Source of the DNA: Atopobium sp.
GTDB lineage: Bacteria; Actinomycetota; Coriobacteriia; Coriobacteriales; Atopobiaceae
Length of the DNA: 64,000 nt
Direction: 5' to 3'
Assembly (NCBI GenBank): GCA_015258765.1
Contig: JABZHQ010000001.1
Location: forward strand, 26,820 to 90,819
In this document: piece after piece, positions 56,190-64,000 of the stretch
How the letters are laid out: each line of letters begins with the position of its first letter
Numbering within the stretch: the first letter of the stretch is position 1
The notes under the pieces: model-generated
The model's input: the letters and a program-made list of their open reading frames with translations, nothing else
What the model was told of the DNA's origin: nothing
Databases searched by the model: none
Made by a program: the position numbers and the translations under genes

Positions 56190-56818
56190 TTGTCCAGCTT
56201 ACGGGCACACTTGTATCCGTTACTCCTTCAGTTGCTATTCTCGACGTTAATGGCGTTGGGTATGAGCTGGGTATATCAGCTTCAACAGCTGCTGCGCTTC
56301 CACAAGCGGGTGAAGCAGGCGTTACCGTTTTAACTCGTATGGTGGTCAGAGAAGATTCAATGGAACTCTTTGGTTTTGCTTCGCGAGAAGAGCGTGCGCT
56401 CTTTGATCGCTTGCGTGCAATTTCTGGAGTAGGTCCTAAATTGGCTCTTTCTGTGCTTTCTACGTTTACGCCACAGCAACTTGCGGTAATTGTGGCTACC
56501 AATGACGGAAATCGTCTTAAGAGTGTCTCTGGCCTTGGTAAAAAGAAGGCAGAGCGTTTAGTAATTGAACTTTCTGATGTGTTTGCAAAAGATGCAGAGC
56601 TTAAGCAGCTTGTTGGTCTTACGTCTCCTGCAGACTTTGCTGCTATTCCAAAACCTGCTGTAACCTCTGTAGAATCAGAGGCTATTGAGGCTCTTCTTGG
56701 AATGGGCTTTACTTCTCAGGAAGCAACACTTGCTCTTGAGGGGTATGAAGAGGCTGGTGCTATTACAATTGAAGCTGCTATTGGATATGCACTAAGGCGT
56801 TTGGGAAGTGGTAATTAA
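56186..56818 (+). CDS. ruvA: Holliday junction branch migration protein RuvA
   Basis: 210 aa; OB-fold N-term, HhH '[13 protein letters not shown]', '[13 protein letters not shown]'. Confidence 0.9.
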   Translation: MIVQLTGTLVSVTPSVAILDVNGVGYELGISASTAAALPQAGEAGVTVLTRMVVREDSMELFGFASREERALFDRLRAISGVGPKLALSVLSTFTPQQLAVIVATNDGNRLKSVSGLGKKKAERLVIELSDVFAKDAELKQLVGLTSPADFAAIPKPAVTSVESEAIEALLGMGFTSQEATLALEGYEEAGAITIEAAIGYALRRLGSGN

Positions 56819-57885
56819 TGTGGGAAGCAGATACAGATAACTTATTTGAGTCGTCGTCTACTCCAGCTCCATTTCCTGGACACACTTCTCAACGTGTAGT
56901 TTCTAGTGGGCTTCAGGCAGAAGACTTGGAGCAAGATAGAAACTTGCGACCAAAAACTCTTGATGAGTATCTTGGTCAAGAGCGCGTTAAATCTAATCTC
57001 CGTGTTCTTATTGAGGCTGCAAAAAGTCGTAATGAGCCGCTTGATCACGTTATCTTTTCTGGCCCTCCAGGCCTTGGTAAAACAACGCTTGCAGGTGTTT
57101 TAGCAGGAGAAATGGGCTCAAAGCTTCATACAACCTCTGGCCCCGCAATTGAGCGAGCAGGAGATTTAGCAGCAATTCTCACCAATCTTGAAGAGGGAGA
57201 TATCCTCTTTGTTGATGAGATTCACAGACTTAATCACCAGGTTGAAGAAATTTTGTATCCAGCAATGGAAGACTTCTTCTTAGATATTGTTATTGGCAAA
57301 GGCCCTGCGGCAAGGTCAATCAGGCTTGATATTCCACGCTTTACTCTTGTAGCTGCAACAACAAGAACAGGACTTCTAACTGGCCCTTTGCGTGATCGTT
57401 TTGGTATTTCTTATCGTCTTGATTACTATACTGTTCCTGAGCTTCAGACTATTGTTATGCGCTCGGCAAACATCCTTGATGTAGAAGTTGATGAGCAGGG
57501 AGCTGCTGAAATTGCTTCTCGATCAAGAGGCACACCACGCTTGGCAAATCGTCTGTTAAAACGCGTACGAGATTACGCACAAGTTAAAGCTGAAGGTACT
57601 ATTACCTGGCAGGTAGCCTCAGAAGCGCTTTCATTCTTTGAGATTGATGAGCTTGGTCTAGATGTAATGGACGTACGTGTTTTACGTGCGCTTTGTGAGA
57701 CGTTCAGAGGTCGTCCGGTTGGTCTCACAACCATTGCAAGTGCAGTCTCAGAGGATCCGTCTACACTTGAAGATGTTTATGAGCCATATCTTTTGCAGCA
57801 AGGGCTTATTATTAGAACACCTCAAGGTAGACAGGCAACGCATGCTGCATTTGATCACTTACGTATTCCTGTTCCTACTAACTAG
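56818..57885 (+). CDS. ruvB: Holliday junction ATP-dependent helicase RuvB
   Basis: 355 aa; Walker A '[11 protein letters not shown]', Walker B '[10 protein letters not shown]', sensor motifs. Confidence 0.93.
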   Translation: MWEADTDNLFESSSTPAPFPGHTSQRVVSSGLQAEDLEQDRNLRPKTLDEYLGQERVKSNLRVLIEAAKSRNEPLDHVIFSGPPGLGKTTLAGVLAGEMGSKLHTTSGPAIERAGDLAAILTNLEEGDILFVDEIHRLNHQVEEILYPAMEDFFLDIVIGKGPAARSIRLDIPRFTLVAATTRTGLLTGPLRDRFGISYRLDYYTVPELQTIVMRSANILDVEVDEQGAAEIASRSRGTPRLANRLLKRVRDYAQVKAEGTITWQVASEALSFFEIDELGLDVMDVRVLRALCETFRGRPVGLTTIASAVSEDPSTLEDVYEPYLLQQGLIIRTPQGRQATHAAFDHLRIPVPTN

Positions 57886-57899
57886 TAGATTGGAACAAA

Positions 57900-58295
57900 A
57901 TGCTTCAACGAGATTACATTTTGGAAGTAATCGATGACTTTACTTCAACGGTCACAGCAGGTTTGGGAAATGCTTTAGAGACTCAAACTGAAGAGTCACT
58001 CGATGGGGTAGAGGCAGCTGTTGCAGAGCTCATTGATTTGAGCCCAGAGACTGCTCTTGCGCTTTCGCCAGACTCTCTTGTAACGATGATGTTGCTCTCC
58101 GGCGTAGCTGATTCAGTTGCAGAGTATGTGGTGTATGCCCTCGACAGGCTCTCTCACGTTTATGAGCAACTAGGAGACGAGGATAAGGCTGGTCTCAGAA
58201 GACAGCAGGCCGTAGCGGTTGCACAGTCCTTCTCGGTAGATCAAAACGCTACTCCAGAGCAATTTAAGGATTTTGAAGCAAAGTATTTTGCGTAA
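57900..58295 (+). CDS. Hypothetical acidic cytoplasmic protein
   Basis: 131 aa, no TM, no recognised motif; occupies the slot after ruvB. Confidence 0.5.
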   Translation: MLQRDYILEVIDDFTSTVTAGLGNALETQTEESLDGVEAAVAELIDLSPETALALSPDSLVTMMLLSGVADSVAEYVVYALDRLSHVYEQLGDEDKAGLRRQQAVAVAQSFSVDQNATPEQFKDFEAKYFA

Positions 58296-58317
58296 CCACA
58301 TTTTATAAGCTAACAAA

Positions 58318-58348
58318 TAAACCCCAGCTCAATATGAGTTGGGGTTTA
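58318..58348. terminator. Bidirectional terminator between convergent genes
   Basis: AAACCCCAGCTCA-ATA-TGAGTTGGGGTTT hairpin flanked by T/A runs. Confidence 0.65.
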
Positions 58349-58376
58349 TTGCTATAGAGCGATGTAACTAGTTGGA

Positions 58377-60626
58377 TTACCAAATGACAATCTTAGTTCC
58401 ATAAGGGATGTTGTCATAAACCCACTTAGCATTTTCTGTTGCAAGACGTACGCAACCGTGGGAACCGTTGTATCCAAGCCTACCATCACGGACGGTATAA
58501 CCGTCGGAGTTATAGAGAATGGAGTGAATAAGATACTCACCAGAAATGGTCGTGTAATACCAGCATCTAAAGCCAGAGCCAAAGTAGAGACCCTTGTTAC
58601 CTACGGTAAATTGACCATGAGGGGTCCACATGCCTGGTGCTCCTGTAGTGCACTGCCATTCGTACCAAACAACCCAGTTGCCGTGTGAACCCCTGTATAC
58701 AGCAAAGCGATTGCCAGTAGTATCAATCTGAATGAGCCAGTTAGTGGCGCTATAGTAGTTTTGAGCGTAACGGTACATATCAGGGTAGTAGCAAGGTTGC
58801 TCCTCCATGGCGCCATCAGCAGCTGACCAATACAGTTTTCCACCCCAGGATACATAACCAGTTTGCATGGAACCATTATTACTGAGATAGTAGTCCTTGC
58901 CGTTATCTTTAATCCATCCGGTTTTCATCTTGCCGTCAGAATCAAGGAAGTACCAACTGCCCTTTGAATTAATCCAACCAGTTTGTTTTTCTCCATTGGA
59001 ACTAAAATAGTACCAAGTTCCGTGAATATTAAGCCATCCATCTGCTGGTGCACCATTAGAAAGATAGTAAAAATCTTTATTGTTTTCTTTTATCCAACCT
59101 GTCTTAATTTTATGGTCAGCTCCAACATTAATGGTCAATCCTGGAAGATGTACCGTTCCTGTTGGCTGTGAACCGTCATCTGTAGAGAAGACTCCTTCGG
59201 GAGAAATGAATCCAGTCAGTACTCCATCTGGACCTGCCCAACGTTTTACGCCATTTGAAAGAGTAACCCATTCATTTTTTGCTAGACCATAGCTTTTATC
59301 AAAGTAGTAGTTCTTTCCATCAATAGAATGTTCACCAACATAAGCAGCGTGATCAATTGAGCTTGGATTAAAATACCAGGTCTTATTGCCAGGAGTAGTA
59401 AACCATCCAGAGACAAGCGCGCCGCTAGATTGAGCCCAGGACAAATTTCCGTCTGGTAGGGACACCCAATTACTTGAAGTCATACCAGCATTTTCATCAA
59501 CGTAATATGAACCGCTAGGAAGTTGGAAAAGTCCAGTTTTCATGCGATGAATTGAGTCTTCTGGATCAAAGTAAAACCATTTACCATTTGGGAAATGTTT
59601 CCAACCTGAATAGAATGAGCCATAAGAATCTACCCAAGACCATGAACCATCATCATTGTGAATCCAACTATTTCTAAGGATTCCATAGTTTTCATCGAAA
59701 TGATAATATGTGCCGTCAATTTCGACGTTGCCAATAAGCGCTGGATGCTGTGGAACAGATGGATCAAAGTACCAAGTTCTACCATTTGGTGTGTTAAACC
59801 AACCAGAGGCAAGAGCGCCATTTTTTTGAGCCCAAGCCCACTCACGAGTTGGTAGTTGAATCCAACTGTTAGAAATCATACCTGCATATTCATCAATGTA
59901 ATATGAGGTACCAGAAACCTGAATTGTTCCAATTAACATACGATGACGAGGTTCTTCTGGATCAAAATAGAACCACTTGCCGTTAGGCATATGCTTCCAT
60001 CCAGAATAGTAAGTACCATCTTCAGTTGCCCATGACCAAGAACTTGCTGAACGATATACCCATCCATTTGTTACAAGTCCGTTTGTTGAATCAAAGTAGT
60101 AAAACTTACCATCAATTTCGACTTCACCGAAGATTGCCTTATGCTGCGGGTCAGTTGGATCAAAATACCAAGTTTTTCCATTAGGTGTTGTGTACAAACC
60201 CTTGACTGCATTACCAGCAGCGTCTACATAGTGCCAACCAGAATCATCTTTGATCCACTGGCTTGTGACAAGTGTTCCATCTTCTTTGTAATAGTGGAAT
60301 TGGCCGTTTTCTTGTCTCCATCCAGAAGACTGAGGAGTTGGCGAAGTATTCTCTGTTGGAACAGCAGGTGTCTGGTCTGTTGTTGGAGTTGTTGTTGGCG
60401 CTACAGGTGAGGTAGGCTGAGAGTTTTCAGGTGCTGTAGGAGAAGTATTTTCAGATGTTGCAGTAGTTTCAGTTGTTACAGCGGGGGCATTTACTGCGGA
60501 CGTATCAGTAGTCTCTGCAAGAGCAGGAGCAGCGTGGAGTCCGCAAAGTAGAGCTGCACTCAACGAAGCAACCGCAATAAGTTTTTGTGTAGAAGGTCTG
60601 TAGGAAAAACGCATCTTCTTCTCCAT
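58377..60626 (-). CDS. Secreted cell-wall-binding-repeat protein with C-terminal L,D-transpeptidase (YkuD) catalytic domain
   Basis: signal peptide 'LIAVASLSAALLCGLHAAPALA', Thr/Pro-rich linker, >15 GW/Y-rich ~20-aa cell-wall-binding repeats ('GWxxxNGKWYYFD'), C-terminal 'YNGSHGCVRLATENAKWVYD' LDT active-site motif; start at second Met (track ORF to 60704). Confidence 0.8.
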   Translation of the reverse strand: MEKKMRFSYRPSTQKLIAVASLSAALLCGLHAAPALAETTDTSAVNAPAVTTETTATSENTSPTAPENSQPTSPVAPTTTPTTDQTPAVPTENTSPTPQSSGWRQENGQFHYYKEDGTLVTSQWIKDDSGWHYVDAAGNAVKGLYTTPNGKTWYFDPTDPQHKAIFGEVEIDGKFYYFDSTNGLVTNGWVYRSASSWSWATEDGTYYSGWKHMPNGKWFYFDPEEPRHRMLIGTIQVSGTSYYIDEYAGMISNSWIQLPTREWAWAQKNGALASGWFNTPNGRTWYFDPSVPQHPALIGNVEIDGTYYHFDENYGILRNSWIHNDDGSWSWVDSYGSFYSGWKHFPNGKWFYFDPEDSIHRMKTGLFQLPSGSYYVDENAGMTSSNWVSLPDGNLSWAQSSGALVSGWFTTPGNKTWYFNPSSIDHAAYVGEHSIDGKNYYFDKSYGLAKNEWVTLSNGVKRWAGPDGVLTGFISPEGVFSTDDGSQPTGTVHLPGLTINVGADHKIKTGWIKENNKDFYYLSNGAPADGWLNIHGTWYYFSSNGEKQTGWINSKGSWYFLDSDGKMKTGWIKDNGKDYYLSNNGSMQTGYVSWGGKLYWSAADGAMEEQPCYYPDMYRYAQNYYSATNWLIQIDTTGNRFAVYRGSHGNWVVWYEWQCTTGAPGMWTPHGQFTVGNKGLYFGSGFRCWYYTTISGEYLIHSILYNSDGYTVRDGRLGYNGSHGCVRLATENAKWVYDNIPYGTKIVIW

Positions 60627-60675
60627 TGTTTTAACTCCAATAAATCCAGGTAATAAAAAGCTGCTGTAGACTAAT

Positions 60676-62400
60676 TTAGCGCTTATATGAGGTAAGCACT
60701 CCATCTGGTCCAGCCCAGCGTCTTACGCCATCGGAACGGGTAATCCACTGATTGCGAGCAAGGCCATATCCTGCGTCAAAGTAATAGTCTTTACCATCAA
60801 TAGTGTGTTCTCCAGTATAAGCAGGATGGCTTGGTTTTGCTGGATCAAAGTACCAAGTCTTGCCATTTGGCGTGGTGAACCAACCAGAAGCAAAGGCGCC
60901 ACTTGACTGTGCCCAAGCCCAACCGCCTTCCGGGAGCTGTACCCAATTGTTAGCAGTCATTCCAGCAGACTCATCAATATAATAAGTTCCACTAGAAGTT
61001 TGGATGACACCAACAAGCATACGGTGCTTGGAATCTTTGGTATCAAAATAGAACCATTTGCCATTAGGCATACGTTTCCAACCCGATTGAAGCACTCCGC
61101 TTTCTCCAGCCCAGGACCAAGAACCATCAGCTCTGTGAATCCATCCATTTTTCAGAAGACCATAACCTGAATCAAAATAATATGATTGACCGTTAATTTC
61201 AGTCTCACCAATTATTGCAGGATGCTGCGGATCTGATGGATCAAAATACCAAGTTTTGCCATTTGGAGTGGTGTACCAACCAGAAGCAAATGCACCGTTC
61301 GACTGCGCCCAAGCCCAGCCGCCATTAGGGAGCTGCACCCAATCGTTAGCGGTCATTCCTTGATTTACGTCAACGTAATAAGTTCCGCTGGAAATAGTGA
61401 AGACACCTTGCTTAAGTAGGGGGAATTCTCCATTTTCATCAAAATAGAACCACTTACCATTTGGCATGTGTTTCCACCCAGAATAAACAGAGCCTACTGT
61501 TTCAATCCAAGCCCATCCATCATCATCACCGATCCAACCATGGGTAACAAGGCCATTACTGTGATCAAAGAAATAATATTTACCATCAATATCTATTCCG
61601 CCCATTACTACTGTATTGTAATGTTCTGGGTCGGCATACCAAGTTTTGCCATCTGGAGTTTTAAACCAGCCAGAGATAGCAGCGCCATCTGGACCAGCCC
61701 AATACCAAGCTTCTACACCCTGGCCCAAATTTACCCAAGAATTTCGTAAAAGTCCTGTCGAAGTATCAAAGAAGTACAGCTTTCCATCGACCGGAACTGA
61801 TTTAGCAATAACCGGAACACCCGAACCAATTTCACTAGTTAAATACCAGGTTTTACCATTAGGAGCAGTAAACCAACCTTCAGTAAAACGCCCATCAGCT
61901 CCGGCCCAGCTCCAGCCTTTATCTGTTTTAACCCAATTGTTTTTAATCAAGCCGTTATCTTTATCTACGTAGTAGTAAGTGTAGTGATAATTAGGAGTAT
62001 TTTTATTTTCGAGAATATAAAATAAGCCATATGTAGCGTACGGTAGCCATGTCTCTGGCTCAAAATACCAGGTTTTGCCATCAGGTGTAGTATAGAAACC
62101 AGATGCTGCTGCACCTGTTTCATCTACATAATATTGATGACTGTCATAAGTAATCCACTGACTTTTTAGAATAGTTCCATCTTCAGTATAAAAATATACC
62201 TTTCCATCAACTTTTTTCCACTTTGGATAATAGGATTTAGAAGTTGATTCAGGAGCACTTACTGTGGATGTATCAGTAGTTTCTGCAAGAGCAGAAGTAG
62301 CGTGAAGTCCGCAAAGTAGAGCTGCACTCAACGAAGCAACTGCAATGAGCTTTTGCATTGAAGGCCTGCTGGACAAACATGTCTTCTTTTTCATGGGCAT
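60676..62400 (-). CDS. Secreted cell-wall-binding-repeat protein (paralog lacking catalytic domain)
   Basis: 574 aa; N-terminus nearly identical to downstream gene ('QKLIAVASLSAALLCGLHATSALAETTDTS'); ~14 cell-wall-binding repeats. Confidence 0.8.
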   Translation of the reverse strand: MPMKKKTCLSSRPSMQKLIAVASLSAALLCGLHATSALAETTDTSTVSAPESTSKSYYPKWKKVDGKVYFYTEDGTILKSQWITYDSHQYYVDETGAAASGFYTTPDGKTWYFEPETWLPYATYGLFYILENKNTPNYHYTYYYVDKDNGLIKNNWVKTDKGWSWAGADGRFTEGWFTAPNGKTWYLTSEIGSGVPVIAKSVPVDGKLYFFDTSTGLLRNSWVNLGQGVEAWYWAGPDGAAISGWFKTPDGKTWYADPEHYNTVVMGGIDIDGKYYFFDHSNGLVTHGWIGDDDGWAWIETVGSVYSGWKHMPNGKWFYFDENGEFPLLKQGVFTISSGTYYVDVNQGMTANDWVQLPNGGWAWAQSNGAFASGWYTTPNGKTWYFDPSDPQHPAIIGETEINGQSYYFDSGYGLLKNGWIHRADGSWSWAGESGVLQSGWKRMPNGKWFYFDTKDSKHRMLVGVIQTSSGTYYIDESAGMTANNWVQLPEGGWAWAQSSGAFASGWFTTPNGKTWYFDPAKPSHPAYTGEHTIDGKDYYFDAGYGLARNQWITRSDGVRRWAGPDGVLTSYKR

Positions 62401-62739
62401 ATCCTTTTTTGAAGGGATAACTTTCTATATAAATAATAGTTTGATATGTCTGTTATTGTTCCCGTAAATTAATCCTATACAAATTCTCTATCTTCTATGA
62501 AAAAATGCTCAACTAATGAGATAAAAAACGTTTAATAGCAGATATATCCATAAATAAATGCTGGAAAACAGCTTGATTACCTGTGGCTCTTCCGGTAGAT
62601 GGTGCGAAAATCTCCATGAGTGGTTTCTCGCCACATAAGTTGTTGATTAAGGTTATTATATTCCACGTGGCGAAACGTCACGGTATCGCGCTCCACAGGC
62701 GCAGTTTTGCCCTGCGGGGCTAAGAAAGAAAGGCACGAA

Positions 62740-62943
62740 ATGGCTCAGGGTACTGTAAAGTGGTTTAATCCAGACAAGGGTTACGGTTTCATCTCTCGTG
62801 AGGATGGCGACGATCTGTTCGTACACTTCTCCGAGATTCAGATGGACGGTTTCAAGACTCTCGATGAGGGTCAGCCTGTCGAGTTTGAGATTACCACCGG
62901 CCAGAACGGTAAGCTCCAGGCTTCTAGCGTCCACAAGATCTAG
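62740..62943 (+). CDS. cspA: Cold-shock protein (CspA family)
   Basis: '[18 protein letters not shown]' RNP1 motif and 'VHFSEI' RNP2; long 5' leader. Confidence 0.9.
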   Translation: MAQGTVKWFNPDKGYGFISREDGDDLFVHFSEIQMDGFKTLDEGQPVEFEITTGQNGKLQASSVHKI

Positions 62944-62964
62944 TACTTGCGAACACTACCATCA

Positions 62965-62992
62965 AAAGGAGACCTTCGGGTCTCCTTTTTTG
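62965..62992 (+). terminator. Rho-independent terminator after csp
   Basis: AAAAGGAGACC-TTCG-GGTCTCCTTTTTT. Confidence 0.8.
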
Positions 62993-63030
62993 TTACATCG
63001 CTATTTTTACAGTTACAGTTACCAAGAGCT

Positions 63031-63693
63031 TTAATACCAATGCTTGATGGTAAGGTCGGCAAGTTCAGAGAGTTTCTCGATATCTTGATGCTCATCATCA
63101 CAATTAACAGCACAGGTGATAAGGCCAACAGAATTTCCTGTCTGAAGAGCCAATGGAATATCTTCAAACAGTATTGTTTTCTCGGCTGGAGTATTAAGGC
63201 GTTTAAGCACCTCAAGATACAGATGAGGCTCATCTTTTGCAGATCCAACATCTGCTGCAAACACCTGAGTATCAAACAGAGTGGATAGATGTAAACGAGG
63301 TTCAAGGAGAGCAAGAAGCTCCGGCTCGTTGACAGTTGCCAATGCAGTAGGGATGTCTTTTTCTTGTAACTTGCCAATAAAATCAACAACACCAGGTCTA
63401 AGCTGCACGGAGTTTACAAAGAAGCTTTTACTAAGCTCTTTCCACTCGGCAACAATCTCTTCTGGATCCTCCTTTAGCCCATAGGTGGCAATTGCCCATT
63501 CGGCTCCCTTTTCAAATCCAAGAGGGGAGAGAATCTTACCAATTTCTGGAGTGTAAGGGATTCCTCGCGACTCAAAAAACTCCTGGTCAACAAGCTTCCA
63601 AATATGGTGCGTATGAGCAATAGTGCCATCAAAATCAAAGATTGCTGCTTCAAAATCGGTTGCAAGAATATCTTCAAGTGTCGAGAAAATCAC
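63031..63693 (-). CDS. HAD-superfamily hydrolase (subfamily IA, beta-phosphoglucomutase-like phosphatase)
   Basis: 220 aa; motif I 'AAIFDFDGTIAHT', motif III/IV 'K...FEDIP' region. Confidence 0.75.
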   Translation of the reverse strand: MIFSTLEDILATDFEAAIFDFDGTIAHTHHIWKLVDQEFFESRGIPYTPEIGKILSPLGFEKGAEWAIATYGLKEDPEEIVAEWKELSKSFFVNSVQLRPGVVDFIGKLQEKDIPTALATVNEPELLALLEPRLHLSTLFDTQVFAADVGSAKDEPHLYLEVLKRLNTPAEKTILFEDIPLALQTGNSVGLITCAVNCDDEHQDIEKLSELADLTIKHWY

Positions 63694-63806
63694 AGAGTTC
63701 CAATCAAGTTGCGGTGAGCTTGTGTTTTTTATTGTTGACGTGCCAGTCTAGTGTAAACTTTTAGCAAGTATGAAGAGGAGTAAACCAATACTTTTCGGAG
63801 GACCGC

Positions 63807-64000
63807 ATGAAACGCAGCTTATTTAATACTCGCGGTAAATTGCTTGCTGTTTTGTTCTTTGTTGTCATGGCACTGTTTGCAACAACAGTTCAAAGCGCAT
63901 ATGCAACTACCTACACCACAATGGATGCCCAAGGAAACATTATCCAGAGTGAATCACTAAAAGATGCCGTAGCACTTGCTCGTGCAACTGGCAGACCTAT
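63807..64000 (+). CDS. 5' part of a secreted protein gene (truncated by window end)
   Basis: GGAGG RBS 7 nt before ATG 63807; 'MKRSLFNTRGKLLAVLFFVVMALFATTVQSAYA' signal peptide; ORF open to window end. Confidence 0.5.
   Translation, partial: MKRSLFNTRGKLLAVLFFVVMALFATTVQSAYATTYTTMDAQGNIIQSESLKDAVALARATGRP

Noticed and set aside
1-64000. CRISPR arrays, transposases, integrases, restriction-modification or toxin-antitoxin genes
   Set aside because: Looked for regularly spaced identical repeats and for nuclease, recombinase or integrase motifs in all ORFs and found none. The repeats found are irregular and not CRISPR-like.

Overview
This 64-kb window is a mostly syntenic chromosomal segment. 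Its gene content and order suggest a moderate-GC actinobacterium of the Bifidobacteriaceae, plausibly Gardnerella-like, but that is an inference and not verified. Every protein-coding call comes from my own reading of motifs in the supplied ORF translations and of RBS/start context; no database search was run.

**Conserved backbone.**
- MurJ, UvrC, RapZ and WhiA.
- The glycolytic operon gap-pgk-tpiA followed by secG.
- IscS-like cysteine desulfurase with MnmA.
- AhpC and AhpF.
- Two tandem aminopeptidase C genes.
- DnaE, then RuvC, RuvA and RuvB.
- A cold-shock protein.

**Sialic-acid island.** About 12 kb lies between uvrC and rapZ, which are normally adjacent in Actinobacteria. It carries an AT-rich gene for a secreted Cys-containing protein, then a family-5 ABC importer with a permease-ATPase fusion, then two tandem CE7 acetyl-esterases, then nanA, nanK and nanE.

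**Second peptide-type ABC importer.** This locus encodes a duplicated-NBD ATPase and a substrate-binding gene that is frameshifted.

**RNA genes.** None of these is in the ORF track. They are four tRNAs (Leu-GAG and Val-GAC on +; Cys-GCA and Gly-GCC on -) and an RNase P RNA (rnpB) on the minus strand at about 44085-44452, with several clear rho-independent terminators.

**Observations that look unusual.**
1. A partner-switching signalling module with no sigma factor gene in the window. It consists of a PAS-GAF-GAF PP2C phosphatase followed by a single polypeptide that fuses an anti-sigma-antagonist (STAS) domain to an RsbW-like HATPase kinase.
2. A bacterial Elp3-like radical-SAM/GNAT protein transcribed divergently from a class-I SAM methyltransferase. 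This is a candidate two-enzyme wobble-uridine (mcm5U-like) tRNA modification pair.
3. A circularly permuted AhpF, with the TrxR-like domain first and the AhpF N-terminal double-Trx domain last.
4. A NadE-like protein in which the nitrilase Glu and Cys and the PP-loop SGGxDS motif all appear substituted, which would make it a candidate pseudoenzyme.
5. An exact 12-13-mer, GGGTTTCTCGCCA, that recurs in at least five intergenic regions and inside two CDSs.
6. Two repeat-dense noncoding regions, one flanking the STAS-kinase gene and one next to rnpB.
7. Tandem near-identical cell-wall-binding-repeat genes, one of which encodes a C-terminal L,D-transpeptidase.

No CRISPR array, transposase or integrase was seen.
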